A DNA stretch of 32,000 bases from Blochmannia endosymbiont of Camponotus modoc (GCF_023585785.1 NZ_CP097765.1:720001-752000); one strand, 5' to 3'; counted from the first letter of the stretch, positions 10,633 to 20,167 are shown. Numbers and translations: made by a program. Notes: a model not told the origin generated them from the sequence alone.

Positions 10633-10800
10633 TTAATTAATGTTATATAGTAGAGTAGGAGGAGTAACAACATTGTTATTATAGGTTTTGTGGTAATTCC
10701 AAGCGTTTATAGAAGCGTAGATTAGTCTAGCAAATAATATTGTAAAACTAATTAATAATATCCATTTGGCAACGCGTATTTTTTTCTTTTTTCTTTTCAT
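10633..10800 (-). CDS. Candidate small (55 aa) single-pass membrane protein, YfgG-like
   Basis: The ORF is below the ORF-track size cutoff. The reverse complement reads MKRKKKKIRVAKWILLISFTILFARLIYASINAWNYHKTYNNNVVTPPTLLYNIN*. It has a basic N-terminus and one hydrophobic helix. The core ILLISFTILFARLIYASINAWNYH resembles E. coli YfgG as I recall it (...IVLLISFIFFFGRFIYSSVGAWQHH...). Its position and orientation relative to guaA match yfgG in E. coli. No clear SD is present. Confidence 0.45.
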   Translation of the reverse strand: MKRKKKKIRVAKWILLISFTILFARLIYASINAWNYHKTYNNNVVTPPTLLYNIN

Positions 10801-11428
10801 AAATAACAATAAGAAAATTATTAAAACAACCCCATTGTAACATTTATTGATAAAAAATCACAAATATTCTATGAAATATATATTTTTATTTAATTCTAAA
10901 ATTATTATTTATTAAAGTATGGAAATGCATTTTCATTGTAAAATGTGTTTTTTTATTTAAAATATTAAATTAAAATTAATAAAAGTTATTTATTTTCGTT
11001 TTTGAAGGGATTGATTTTTTTATGGATTTAAAAAATTAATTATTAAATAATTTTTTCGGTTGTTTATTGTATTTATTTTGACGTGAACGATTTTTACGTG
11101 AATGAATATATAGAAGTTTTAATTATTGTCAAAATAGCATGAAATATTCATAATCATACTTCTAATTTTTGGTATAGACGTTTTTATATTAGTTTATTTA
11201 TAGATAAGTACATTGTTATCATAACACACTGTATTTGAATATTTATTTTATTTTTAAACACAAGATAATGATACTATTTGCAATAGTTGTAACGTAAAAT
11301 GATATCTATTAATTAAATTTAGAAGATTATGTTAAATAATCCTATGTTTACATTTGGTTTGCATTGTATATAGGAGAGTAAATGATTTAATATATTACAA
11401 GTGAGTTTTTATTTTATCAATAAAATTC

Positions 11429-11501
11429 TTCAAATATCAATTTAAATAATATCCCATATTTATTATCTAAATATGGGATATTATTTAAATTGATATTTGA
11501 A
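11429..11501. repeat. Perfect 34-bp inverted repeat (73-bp palindromic element) just upstream of upp
   Basis: I paired it base by base. Arm 11429-11462 (TTCAAATATCAATTTAAATAATATCCCATATTTA) is the exact reverse complement of arm 11468-11501, with the 5-nt loop TTATC between them. A TATAAT hexamer at 11504-11509 follows immediately. Confidence 0.9.
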
Positions 11502-11552
11502 AGTATAATTGCTCAGTTTTGAGTATTTGCTTTCATGGAGAACAAAATTGAT

Positions 11553-12179
11553 ATGAAAATAGTTGAAATTAAACATCCATTAGTACGTCACAAATTAGGA
11601 TTAATGCGTATTTGTGATATTAGCACTAAACGTTTTAGAGAATTGTCTTCAGAATTAGGCAGTTTATTAACTTATGTAGCTACCGATGACTTAGAAATGG
11701 AAATAGTAACTATTAAAGGGTGGTGTGGATTGGTGAAAATTGCGCGTATTAAGGGAAAAAAAATAACAGTGGTACCAATTTTACGCGCTGGATTAGGCAT
11801 GATGAATGGTGTATTAGAGCATCTTCCAAGCGCACGTATTAGTATAATAGGGATTTATCGTAATGAAATTACTTTTGAGCCGATTCCATATTTTCATAAA
11901 TTAGTTTCCAATATTCATGAACGTATGGCTATGGTGTTAGATCCTATGTTAGCTACTGGTGGATCAATAATTGCTACTATTGATTTATTAAAGAAATTTG
12001 GATGTAATAATATAAAGGTTTTATCGATAGTGGCGGCCCCAGAAGGAATTGAAGCCTTAGAAGAAAAACATCCAGATATTGAATTATATTTAGCTTCTAT
12101 AGATCAAAAAATTAATAAAAATGGTTACATTATACCAGGATTTGGAGATGCTGGCGATAAAACATTTGGAACTAAATAA
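11553..12179 (+). CDS. upp: Uracil phosphoribosyltransferase
   Basis: The ORF-track ORF starts at 11535 ([16 protein letters not shown]...). E. coli Upp (208 aa) begins MKIVEVKHPLVKHKLGLMR, so the ATG at 11553 is the likely start. GGAGA lies 10 nt upstream of it. The C-terminus [16 protein letters not shown] is conserved. Confidence 0.95.
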   Translation: MKIVEIKHPLVRHKLGLMRICDISTKRFRELSSELGSLLTYVATDDLEMEIVTIKGWCGLVKIARIKGKKITVVPILRAGLGMMNGVLEHLPSARISIIGIYRNEITFEPIPYFHKLVSNIHERMAMVLDPMLATGGSIIATIDLLKKFGCNNIKVLSIVAAPEGIEALEEKHPDIELYLASIDQKINKNGYIIPGFGDAGDKTFGTK

Positions 12180-12313
12180 TATATAATCTTTTATATTAAG
12201 AATTTTTTAATTGTTTTAAATCTATTTGCTATATGGATCTTATATTATGGATTTTTCGTCAATAATTAATAATAATATAAAGATGAATGCATATATATAT
12301 GCATATGCTGTTA

Positions 12314-12796
12314 TCAATGTGATTGATGTTTGTTATTTAGATAACGTAATACGATCTGATCATGATCAATAGGTTTAAAATGTTTAAATACTTGTTCGAT
12401 AGTACCAGTTTGGTCGATGATGAAACTAATACGATGTATGCCGTTATATGTTTTTCCCATAAACTTTTTTTCTCCCCATACTCCAAATTTCTTGGAAATT
12501 TGGCAGTTTTCGTCATAAAGTAAAGTAAAGTTTAGCATTTCTTTTTCAGAGAATTTTAAAAGTTTTTCTGATTTGTCGTTACTAATTCCAATTACCTCTA
12601 TACCTAATTTTCTGAATGTATCCATATTGTCTCTTAATTTACATGCCTGTATAGTACATCCTGGTGTCATAGCTTTAGGATAGAAATAAATAAGAATTTT
12701 TTTTCTTCCTATATACGAATCAATACTAACTAAAACATCATTTTGATCAGGTAAATTAAATTGAGGTACTGTGTCTCCAGGCTGTAATAATGCCAT
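12314..12796 (-). CDS. bcp: Thiol peroxidase / peroxiredoxin Bcp
   Basis: YFYPKAMTPGCTIQACKLRD contains both Bcp cysteines, and FGVWGEKKFMGKTYNGIHRISFIID is conserved. The ORF track starts at 12811. The internal ATG at 12796 (MALLQPGDTVPQFNLPDQ) matches the E. coli N-terminus and is preceded by GGTGGAG. Confidence 0.93.
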   Translation of the reverse strand: MALLQPGDTVPQFNLPDQNDVLVSIDSYIGRKKILIYFYPKAMTPGCTIQACKLRDNMDTFRKLGIEVIGISNDKSEKLLKFSEKEMLNFTLLYDENCQISKKFGVWGEKKFMGKTYNGIHRISFIIDQTGTIEQVFKHFKPIDHDQIVLRYLNNKHQSH

Positions 12797-13261
12797 TGTA
12801 TGCTCCACCAATAATTAATAGTTATATACATATTAGATAACTCACGATTAATTTTAATATTATTTTCAACTTCTGTATAGAAATATACATAAATTATTTA
12901 ATAAAAAATTTTATGTTTATGTATGGTCATGAAAAATTAGGATTTAATATAAGAAAGCGATTAAACTATTTTTAAAGAATTTTAAATTATAATATTTCAA
13001 CATATTGTTAACGAAGAATAATTTACTTAATAATTAAAAATATAATGAAAATAATTTTTAATTAATTTAAAATATTAAACGGTAGTAAAAGATAAGCATG
13101 TTTATTAATAAATATATATTTTAATATTATTAAAAATGACGGTATTGTTTGTTATATATGAAGAACGATAAATATTTTGTTTGATATTTTTTCCATTTTA
13201 TTGGGATATTTTTATTGAATAACAATATTTTACAGATTCTGTTTATTGGAGACAATAATTC

Positions 13262-14161
13262 ATGTTTACGGGAAGTATAGTAGCGTTAATTACCCCAATG
13301 GATCTAAAGGGTGCTGTAGATCGAATAAGTTTAAAAAAACTTGTTGATCATCATGTAGTTAGTGGTACGTCAGCTATTGTTTCCGTCGGTACAACTGGAG
13401 AGATGTCTGGGCTTACACATGAAGAGCATGTTGATGTGGTTATGCGAACCTTAGAGTTTAGCGATGGTAGATTGCCCATTATAGCGGGTACTGGTGCTAA
13501 TTCAACGGCAGAGGCGATTGAATTAACTAATAAATTTAATGATAGTGATATAGCAGCTTGTTTAAGCGTAACCCCTTATTATAATCGTCCCAATCAAGAA
13601 GGATTATTTCAGCATTTTAAGGCTATTTCAGAAAGCACAGAGTTACCTCAGATATTGTATAACGTTCCAGTACGTACTGGTTGCGATATGTTACCGATTA
13701 CTGTTTCTCGTTTAGCAAAGATAAAAAATATAGTTGGTATTAAAGAGGCGACAGGAAACTTAAATCGAGTAAATCAATTAAAACAGTTAGTTCATGAAGA
13801 TTTTATTTTGTTGAGCGGAGATGATTTAAGTGCATTAGATTTTATGAAACTTGGGGGAGTTGGAGTAATTTCCGTTACAGCAAATATTGCTGCAAAGGAA
13901 ATGGCTGAGTTATGTAAGTTAGCAAATGAAAACGATTTTTCAAACGCACAACATATTAACCAGCGCTTGATGCCTGTGCACCAAGCGCTATTTATTGATT
14001 CTAATCCTATACCAGTGAAATGGGCTTGCAAAGAATTAGGATTAATATCGCATTATGTTTTGCGTTTGCCTATGACTGTTTTATCTGAAGTACATCGTGA
14101 TGTGCTAAAAAAAGCTTTAATAGATTCAGGGTTATTTTATGATCGGTCTAATTATAAATAA
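13262..14161 (+). CDS. dapA: 4-hydroxy-tetrahydrodipicolinate synthase
   Basis: The 299-aa ORF begins [14 protein letters not shown] and contains [14 protein letters not shown], the Schiff-base Lys context [10 protein letters not shown], and [13 protein letters not shown]. It is collinear with E. coli DapA. Confidence 0.97.
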   Translation: MFTGSIVALITPMDLKGAVDRISLKKLVDHHVVSGTSAIVSVGTTGEMSGLTHEEHVDVVMRTLEFSDGRLPIIAGTGANSTAEAIELTNKFNDSDIAACLSVTPYYNRPNQEGLFQHFKAISESTELPQILYNVPVRTGCDMLPITVSRLAKIKNIVGIKEATGNLNRVNQLKQLVHEDFILLSGDDLSALDFMKLGGVGVISVTANIAAKEMAELCKLANENDFSNAQHINQRLMPVHQALFIDSNPIPVKWACKELGLISHYVLRLPMTVLSEVHRDVLKKALIDSGLFYDRSNYK

Positions 14162-14181
14162 TTATTTGTATAAGGGTTATA

Positions 14182-14493
14182 ATGTTAACTTTTTTAGAGA
14201 TTTTGTGTATGGTATTATTATCAGCTTGTTCTTTCGGAATATGCAAGGAAGATCGTTGTAAGCTGAATGGTGATTTATCATATTTAGATGTTGCATCTTT
14301 GGAGGAATTAAATATACCGGAAGATTTAGATGGCGCATTACCTATATCATATGATGATTATGTTGTTCCTGATGTTATCAGAGAAGATAACATCATTTCT
14401 CAAAAAGTAGGTAAACAACTAAACATATGTCCTCCGTCAATTTTTTCTACAGATATGTCACATGAATCATGTTTAATTAACATTGAAGATTAA
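14182..14493 (+). CDS. bamC: Truncated outer-membrane assembly lipoprotein BamC (NlpB), N-terminal segment only
   Basis: The 103-aa ORF lies immediately downstream of dapA, as in E. coli. It has a lipobox LLSAC|S. NGDLSYLDVASLEELNIPEDLDGALPISYDDYVVP...VGKQLNICPP aligns with E. coli BamC [34 protein letters not shown]...VGKALDIRPP. E. coli BamC is 344 aa. Confidence 0.75.
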   Translation: MLTFLEILCMVLLSACSFGICKEDRCKLNGDLSYLDVASLEELNIPEDLDGALPISYDDYVVPDVIREDNIISQKVGKQLNICPPSIFSTDMSHESCLINIED

Positions 14494-14667
14494 TTTTAAT
14501 ATAAGTATCAGGTAATGCCTGTTTGTTGAAATTATTTTCAATATATGTATTAAAAAATAATTACTACATGTTTATTATTCGGTTATTAAATTGCTCCTTC
14601 ATATATATATTCCCATAATAAAAAATGTATCTTAGCCTCAGAGCTGTTACAATAATACATTATGCAT

Positions 14668-15822
14668 TTATTGTACTAGTATTAAATCTTCTATAATTTT
14701 TTTATATATAGAGCTAAGTAATTTTAAATCAATTAGATCAATGTATTCGTTAACTTTATGAATCATATGGTTACGTGCTCCTAATTCTATGACTTCTGTC
14801 CCCATTTTAGCTATAAAACGCCCATCAGAAGTACCTCCTGTAGTTTCTAATCGAGGTTCAAATTTTTGGTAATATTTAATTGCATTGACTACAACATTAG
14901 TTAATTGTCCAGGGTTACTAAAATAAGGCTCCGCAGAAAGTTTCCAATCGATATTATAAGGTAAAGTATGACGTGTGAATATTTCATTTATGTATCTTTT
15001 AATATTGTCAATAGAACATTTATCATTAAAGCGTACATTGAAATTTAATATAACCGCATGGGGGGTAACATTATTGTTGTTATTATTAGAATAAATATTA
15101 GTAATTTGTATAGAAGTAGGAGGAAATAATATACTTCTTTCTCGATCCCATGTAGTGTTTAGTAAATCTGACAGCGCTGGAATGATTAAATGTATTGGAT
15201 TTTTAGAGAATTGAGGATATGCTACATGTCCTTGAGATCCATGTACTGTCAGTTGTCCAATAAGCGATCCACGTCTACCATTTTTTATAACATCACCTAG
15301 TTGATTTTGACTGGATGGTTCTCCGACTATGCAATAGTCTATATGTTCATCGCGCGCAATTAGAGATTCTACAACTTTTGTGGTTCCGTTGATGCCACTG
15401 CCTTCTTCGTCAGAAGTGATAAGAAACGCAACTCGTCCTTGATAATTGGGATGTTGGTCGATAAAATTGGCAGCGGCTACTAACATAGCTGCTAATGCCC
15501 CCTTCATATCAATTGCACCTCGTCCATGTAATATATTATTATGCACTAATCCTGAGAACGGGGGGTAATCCCAGCATTGAAGATCCCCAGGATCGACTAC
15601 ATCAGTATGTCCAATAAACAATAATGTTGTGCATTTTTGTTGTTTTTTACAACCATGAAATGCCCAAAGATTAAGAGTGTTATCAAAGCGCATTAATTCT
15701 ACATTAAAATTTAGTTTTTCTAAATAATTTGCAATTATTTCATGACAACTATGATGGTTTGAGCTAACCGAAGGTTGCTGAATTAATTTTTGAGCTAATG
15801 TTATTAGTTCTGAATAATCCAT
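14668..15822 (-). CDS. dapE: Succinyl-diaminopimelate desuccinylase
   Basis: The 384-aa ORF keeps the metal and catalytic blocks GHTDVV, GRGAIDMKG, ITSDEEG, IVGEPSS, and NGRRGSL...HGSQGHVAYP. It is collinear with E. coli DapE apart from an Asn6 low-complexity patch. Confidence 0.96.
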   Translation of the reverse strand: MDYSELITLAQKLIQQPSVSSNHHSCHEIIANYLEKLNFNVELMRFDNTLNLWAFHGCKKQQKCTTLLFIGHTDVVDPGDLQCWDYPPFSGLVHNNILHGRGAIDMKGALAAMLVAAANFIDQHPNYQGRVAFLITSDEEGSGINGTTKVVESLIARDEHIDYCIVGEPSSQNQLGDVIKNGRRGSLIGQLTVHGSQGHVAYPQFSKNPIHLIIPALSDLLNTTWDRERSILFPPTSIQITNIYSNNNNNNVTPHAVILNFNVRFNDKCSIDNIKRYINEIFTRHTLPYNIDWKLSAEPYFSNPGQLTNVVVNAIKYYQKFEPRLETTGGTSDGRFIAKMGTEVIELGARNHMIHKVNEYIDLIDLKLLSSIYKKIIEDLILVQ

Positions 15823-15916
15823 TTTATATTTTCTCGTGGTAATAGTTCTGATTAAATTATTTTAAATTTAATAATTCACACGAATAAATCATATATATAA
15901 TTAATACAAAATTCAG

Positions 15917-15956
15917 ATATACGACTATACCGACAAATATCGGTATAGTCGTATAT
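15917..15956 (-). terminator. Candidate rho-independent terminator downstream of the transketolase gene
   Basis: A perfect 17-bp stem pairs 15917-15933 (ATATACGACTATACCGA) with 15940-15956 around a 6-nt loop. On the minus strand it lies 47 nt after the tkt stop and is followed by CUGAAUUUUG. Confidence 0.55.
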
Positions 15957-16002
15957 AATAGATGCCTTTTATAAAAATTAAACATTTTGGTGATCTGTTG
16001 TT

Positions 16003-18000
16003 TTAGGATTTTTTGAGTAATTTATATGATTTATTGATCACGTAGTCTACAGTAAAGTCAAAAAATTTAAATAATTGATGTGATGGAGCTGATTTTCCGA
16101 ATGTGTTCATACCAATGATCTCACCATATATTCCAACATACTTATACCAATAGTCAGTGCTGCTAGCTTCGATAGCTATTCTATTAATTACTGTATTTGG
16201 TAACACGTATTCACGGTATGATTTATCTTGCTGATCAAATATATCAGTAGAAGGTAATGAGATGACTCGTATTTTGTAGCCTTCATCAGTTAATCGGTGA
16301 TATGCTTGTATTGCTAATATTATTTCTGATCCAGTAGCAATTATAATTAATTCAGGAATATTTTGACAATCTTTAAGAATGTATCCTCCGCGAGTAATGT
16401 TATTAATTTGTGTTGATGTGCGTTCTTGTTGCATGAGATTTTGTCTAGATAAAATCAATGCGGTTGGTCCATGGTGTTCAATTGCTGATTTCCAGGCAAC
16501 TGCTGTTTCTACTTGATCACAGGGACGCCATACTATTACATTGGGAGTCATGCGTAAACTTGATAATTGTTCTATAGGTTGATGAGTTGGACCATCTTCT
16601 CCTAATCCAATAGAATCATGAGTATAAATCATAATATGATGACTATTCATTAATGCCGCCATGCGAACCGCGTTGCGTGCGTATTCAACAAATGTTAAAA
16701 ATGTAGCAGTATAAGGTAAAAAAGCTCCATAATTAGCAATTCCATTGGCAATAGCAGTCATTCCGAATTCACGTACACCGTAATGAATATAATTTCCGGC
16801 AGGATTTTTCATAATAGAAGAAGATTGAGACCAAGTTGTCAAATTGCTGGGTGTTAAGTCTGCTGATCCACCAAAAAGCTCTGGCAATTCTTTAGAAAAA
16901 AATTCAATTGTAATTTGAGAAGCTTGACGTGTAGCAATATTTTGAGAATGCACCTGTAAATTTTCAATAAATTTTTGTGTTTTTTTATGCCAATCTTCGG
17001 GTAATTTTCGTTGTATTCGTCTTATTAATTCTTTTGCTAAATTAGGATAGGTAACCTGGTATTTGCGAAAAAGTTGTTGCCAATTATCTTCTTTTTTTTG
17101 TCCCAGTATCGTGGCATTCCATGATTTATATATTGCTTTTGGTATGACGAATTGAGGTTCATCCCAATTAAGCGCTTTTCGAGTAGCAGCCACTTCTTCT
17201 GCTCCTAATGGAGCGCCATGAGCGCTATGTGTTCCGCTTTTATTTGGAGCTCCAAAAGCAATAATAGTATTACATATTAACAATGATGGTTTATTTAATG
17301 TGGATTTAGCTTGATCAATTGCAGCTTTAACAGAATTTCTATTATGTCCATTTATATTACGTATTACATTCCATCCATAAGATTCAAAACGCATGGCAGT
17401 ATCATCTGTGAACCATTCTTTTACATTCCCGTCTATAGAAATACCGTTATTATCGTAAAATATAATCAATTTATTTAATTTCATAGTCCCAGCTAGCGCG
17501 CAAGCTTCATGAGAAATACCTTCCATCATGCATCCATCTCCTAAAAATACATAAGTATAATGATTGATGATATTAAACTGTGCGCGATTAAATTGAGCTG
17601 CTAGTGTCCGTTCAGCAATTGCAAACCCTACAGCGTTAGCAAGACCTTGTCCTAAAGGACCTGTTGTAACCTCAATTCCATCGGTAAGCCCATATTCTGG
17701 ATGACCGGGTGTTGTTGAATTTAATTGTCTAAAATTTTTTAGATCTTCTATAGATATTTTGTATCCTGTTAAATGTAGTATGCTGTATAGCAGCATTGAT
17801 CCATGTCCATTAGATAAAACAAATCGGTCTCTATTAATCCAATTAGGATTGTTTGGGTTGTGATTTAAGTAATCCCTCCATAATACTTCAGCAATATCCG
17901 CCATACCCATGGGACATCCGGGATGCCCAGAATTAGCTTGTTGTATAGCATCTATGCTCAATATACGTATGGCATTAGCTAATATTTTTTCTGATAACAT
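16003..18000 (-). CDS. tktB: Transketolase (closer to E. coli TktB than TktA)
   Basis: The 665-aa ORF contains [56 protein letters not shown] and [14 protein letters not shown]. At these diagnostic positions it matches TktB rather than TktA, as far as I recall both. Its location next to dapE and downstream of a talA-like ORF also matches the E. coli talA-tktB locus. Confidence 0.96.
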   Translation of the reverse strand: MLSEKILANAIRILSIDAIQQANSGHPGCPMGMADIAEVLWRDYLNHNPNNPNWINRDRFVLSNGHGSMLLYSILHLTGYKISIEDLKNFRQLNSTTPGHPEYGLTDGIEVTTGPLGQGLANAVGFAIAERTLAAQFNRAQFNIINHYTYVFLGDGCMMEGISHEACALAGTMKLNKLIIFYDNNGISIDGNVKEWFTDDTAMRFESYGWNVIRNINGHNRNSVKAAIDQAKSTLNKPSLLICNTIIAFGAPNKSGTHSAHGAPLGAEEVAATRKALNWDEPQFVIPKAIYKSWNATILGQKKEDNWQQLFRKYQVTYPNLAKELIRRIQRKLPEDWHKKTQKFIENLQVHSQNIATRQASQITIEFFSKELPELFGGSADLTPSNLTTWSQSSSIMKNPAGNYIHYGVREFGMTAIANGIANYGAFLPYTATFLTFVEYARNAVRMAALMNSHHIMIYTHDSIGLGEDGPTHQPIEQLSSLRMTPNVIVWRPCDQVETAVAWKSAIEHHGPTALILSRQNLMQQERTSTQINNITRGGYILKDCQNIPELIIIATGSEIILAIQAYHRLTDEGYKIRVISLPSTDIFDQQDKSYREYVLPNTVINRIAIEASSTDYWYKYVGIYGEIIGMNTFGKSAPSHQLFKFFDFTVDYVINKSYKLLKKS

Positions 18001-18112
18001 AAAGTGTTTTCCTAATATTGAATGTTTTAATTAAACGATTATAAATTCTTCTCTCTTGTAGAGAATTATCGAATACGTTTAGTGAATTTTTTCATACTTA
18101 TTTTATTATTTT

Positions 18113-18961
18113 TTAAAAGTTTAATTTATACACAGAAATAGGTTTATTAAATTTTTTATTTAAAAAAGAAAATACACAAAATTTGACAAGTTGTGTATGA
18201 AAAATTAATTGACCGTCTTGCTTGAGTAATTTCTTAGCACTTGTTAAGTAATCATATTCATTTGTAACTATTATTGGGTCATCTGTACATAAATTAGTAT
18301 TTATAGAAATATTGTTTTCGTAATATTTATTATGGTCAAAATAATTTTTATTTATTTTTTGTATGATGTTAGGATAATTATAAATACTGCATAGTACATA
18401 TTGACTATACCAGTTGCAAATAAGCTTTATAAATGGATAAATGAAATATAGATTTAATTTGATATATGTGCATTTTTGATATAAAGATAGTAAAAGTATT
18501 AAATTAATTTGGATATTGTTTTTTTTTAATTCTGTTATTTTTTTTATGTTTTTCCAATTGATAGTGATTTTTATAATAAAATAAACTGAATTTGTCTTTT
18601 GATTTTTATAGATTGCGATAAATTTGTAGTATTTTTTTATTCTACAATATTTATTAGAAGAAGATATTATATGCATTTTTATGCAGGAATGTCCTGGAAT
18701 ATTGTCTAAAATTTTAGTGTCGATATGATTGTTTAACTCATTTATTGTGTTAATTGTACTAATACGTGTAACATCATTTTTTTTTACAGTATAAATTATT
18801 GTATATCCAATTAATTTGCAATGAGAACTAAAAAATGGTTTCAGAGTAAGAAACGGATTAGTAATAGCATTGTTACGTGGATGGTAATACCGAATGGTGT
18901 CAATATTTTTGATATTCTCTACAATTACGGAAATTTTTATTAAACCATTTGATGGATTCAT
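18113..18961 (-). CDS. talA: Highly divergent transaldolase-family protein (talA-like), with most catalytic residues apparently substituted
   Basis: The 282-codon ORF is open in what is by eye the most AT-rich coding stretch of the window. GGAG lies 6 nt upstream of the ATG. It sits directly upstream of and co-oriented with tkt. It aligns nearly without gaps to E. coli TalA residues 1-186. Examples are TIRYYHPRNNAITNPFLTLK vs SIRHYHPQDATTNPSLLLK, ILDNIPGHS vs ILKIVPGRV, FIIKITINW vs ILIKLASTW, IQINLILLLS vs INCNLTLLFS and FIYPFIKLICNWY vs LISPFVGRIYDWY. Confidence 0.7.
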   Translation of the reverse strand: MNPSNGLIKISVIVENIKNIDTIRYYHPRNNAITNPFLTLKPFFSSHCKLIGYTIIYTVKKNDVTRISTINTINELNNHIDTKILDNIPGHSCIKMHIISSSNKYCRIKKYYKFIAIYKNQKTNSVYFIIKITINWKNIKKITELKKNNIQINLILLLSLYQKCTYIKLNLYFIYPFIKLICNWYSQYVLCSIYNYPNIIQKINKNYFDHNKYYENNISINTNLCTDDPIIVTNEYDYLTSAKKLLKQDGQLIFHTQLVKFCVFSFLNKKFNKPISVYKLNF

Positions 18962-19025
18962 TACTGACTCCGTATTACCTATTATAATTGAGTAATGTTA
19001 ACGATATTTATAATCATTTTACATT

Positions 19026-19071
19026 CATACAATAAATAATATTTATACTTATAAATATTATTTATTGTATG
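19026..19071. repeat. Perfect 22-bp inverted repeat (46-bp palindrome) upstream of the talA-like ORF
   Basis: I paired it base by base. 19026-19047 is the exact reverse complement of 19050-19071, with the 2-nt centre CT. It is almost pure A/T (CATACAATAAATAATATTTATA). Confidence 0.85.
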
Positions 19072-20167
19072 TTTTATTTCTATCAAAACATGTTTTATAA
19101 TATATATATTATACAAGTTGTATCATATATCTCAATATGAGATGTGTGAACATTGTGTATCTATAAACACTTTATTAATTAATGTGCGTACATCTGTATG
19201 TCAGGTGATTGTATTAAAATAGTAAAAATTATTATTATCATCATAATTTCATGTTGATTGTAGTTTTATTATATAACTGTAAATATTATTATGATTGAAG
19301 TAATGTTTTAAACATTAAGTTCATGAGATTTTATTTTTTAGAGTGTAACAAAAGTACATTATACTATGTGATTAATATCACATTACATATAATACATCAT
19401 AAGCAATGATTCTGAAGCGTGAATGTTATTATGTCATGTGTGATGGCATTTAAGATTATATAGGTGGTTTAATTTTTTATATTGTATGATCTTTCTATAA
19501 TAAAATTATATGTTGTGTAGTACATAACTAATTGACAGTAAAAAATAATATTTGAATTTATTTAAAATAATTATTTTTATTTTTCTTTTGCAACGGGCTA
19601 TTTTGTTTATATTACAATTATAGTACAGCACAAATTTTATTGTAGTATTAACCATAATAAGCATCGCTTAAATTGTATAAAATTAATCGAAAATCTTAAT
19701 ACATAAAGATAATCATCTGTTACATAAATGATTTATTACAACAGAATTATTTTTTAATTTTTAAATTTTAATTATTTATATGATTATATTGAGAATTATT
19801 TTAGGTTTTAAGTCGATTTAACGAAAATATCTATATTTATATGTAGAAATCATTTTTTAAATTATCTTTATATCTTTATATAAGATCTTTTTTATGCAGT
19901 TTAAAAATAAAGATAATATTACTATATTTTATTATAAATTATAATATTGAATATGGTAGTATTTTTACAGAGAGAAGTATAGAAAAAATTAATCAAATAT
20001 ATGATTGATTTAAATTTCATTCAATTAATAATTAGTTGCAAAAATTGTGTGCAAATACAAATTTGCGTGCAGTCTATGTCTTAATTACGCATGTATTATA
20101 TAATGATATTCTATCAACTGAAAGAAAAATCTCTATTTTGAGTAGATATGTTTGTATTCGGATATAT

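Noticed and set aside
12287-12304. An 18-nt perfect palindrome, ATGCATATATATATGCAT, between convergent upp and bcp, considered as a possible bidirectional terminator.
   Set aside because: It is mostly an (AT)n run with no loop and a weak stem. Such low-complexity palindromes are expected in this composition. Other short AT palindromes were dismissed in the same way, for example 8513-8524 ATCACATGTGAT and AAAACATGTTTT near 19086.
15070-15087. An Asn6 run (NNNNNN) inside DapE. An N-rich N-terminus in CysW is similar.
   Set aside because: It replaces a variable surface loop (AGTGSNN in E. coli). It is best explained by AT-driven low-complexity drift and is not a functional insertion.
20036-20167. 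A 44-codon N-terminal extension of cysP in the ORF track (TTG start, MQKLCANTNLRAVYVLITHV...).
   Set aside because: The extension has no counterpart in CysP. The ATG at 20168 or 20177 yields a plausible signal peptide directly before the conserved mature N-terminus ILLNSSYDVSRELF and a length matching E. coli. Similar short upstream extensions in the track for upp (11535), bcp (12811), ptsH (26499) and cysU (21187) were trimmed for the same reason.
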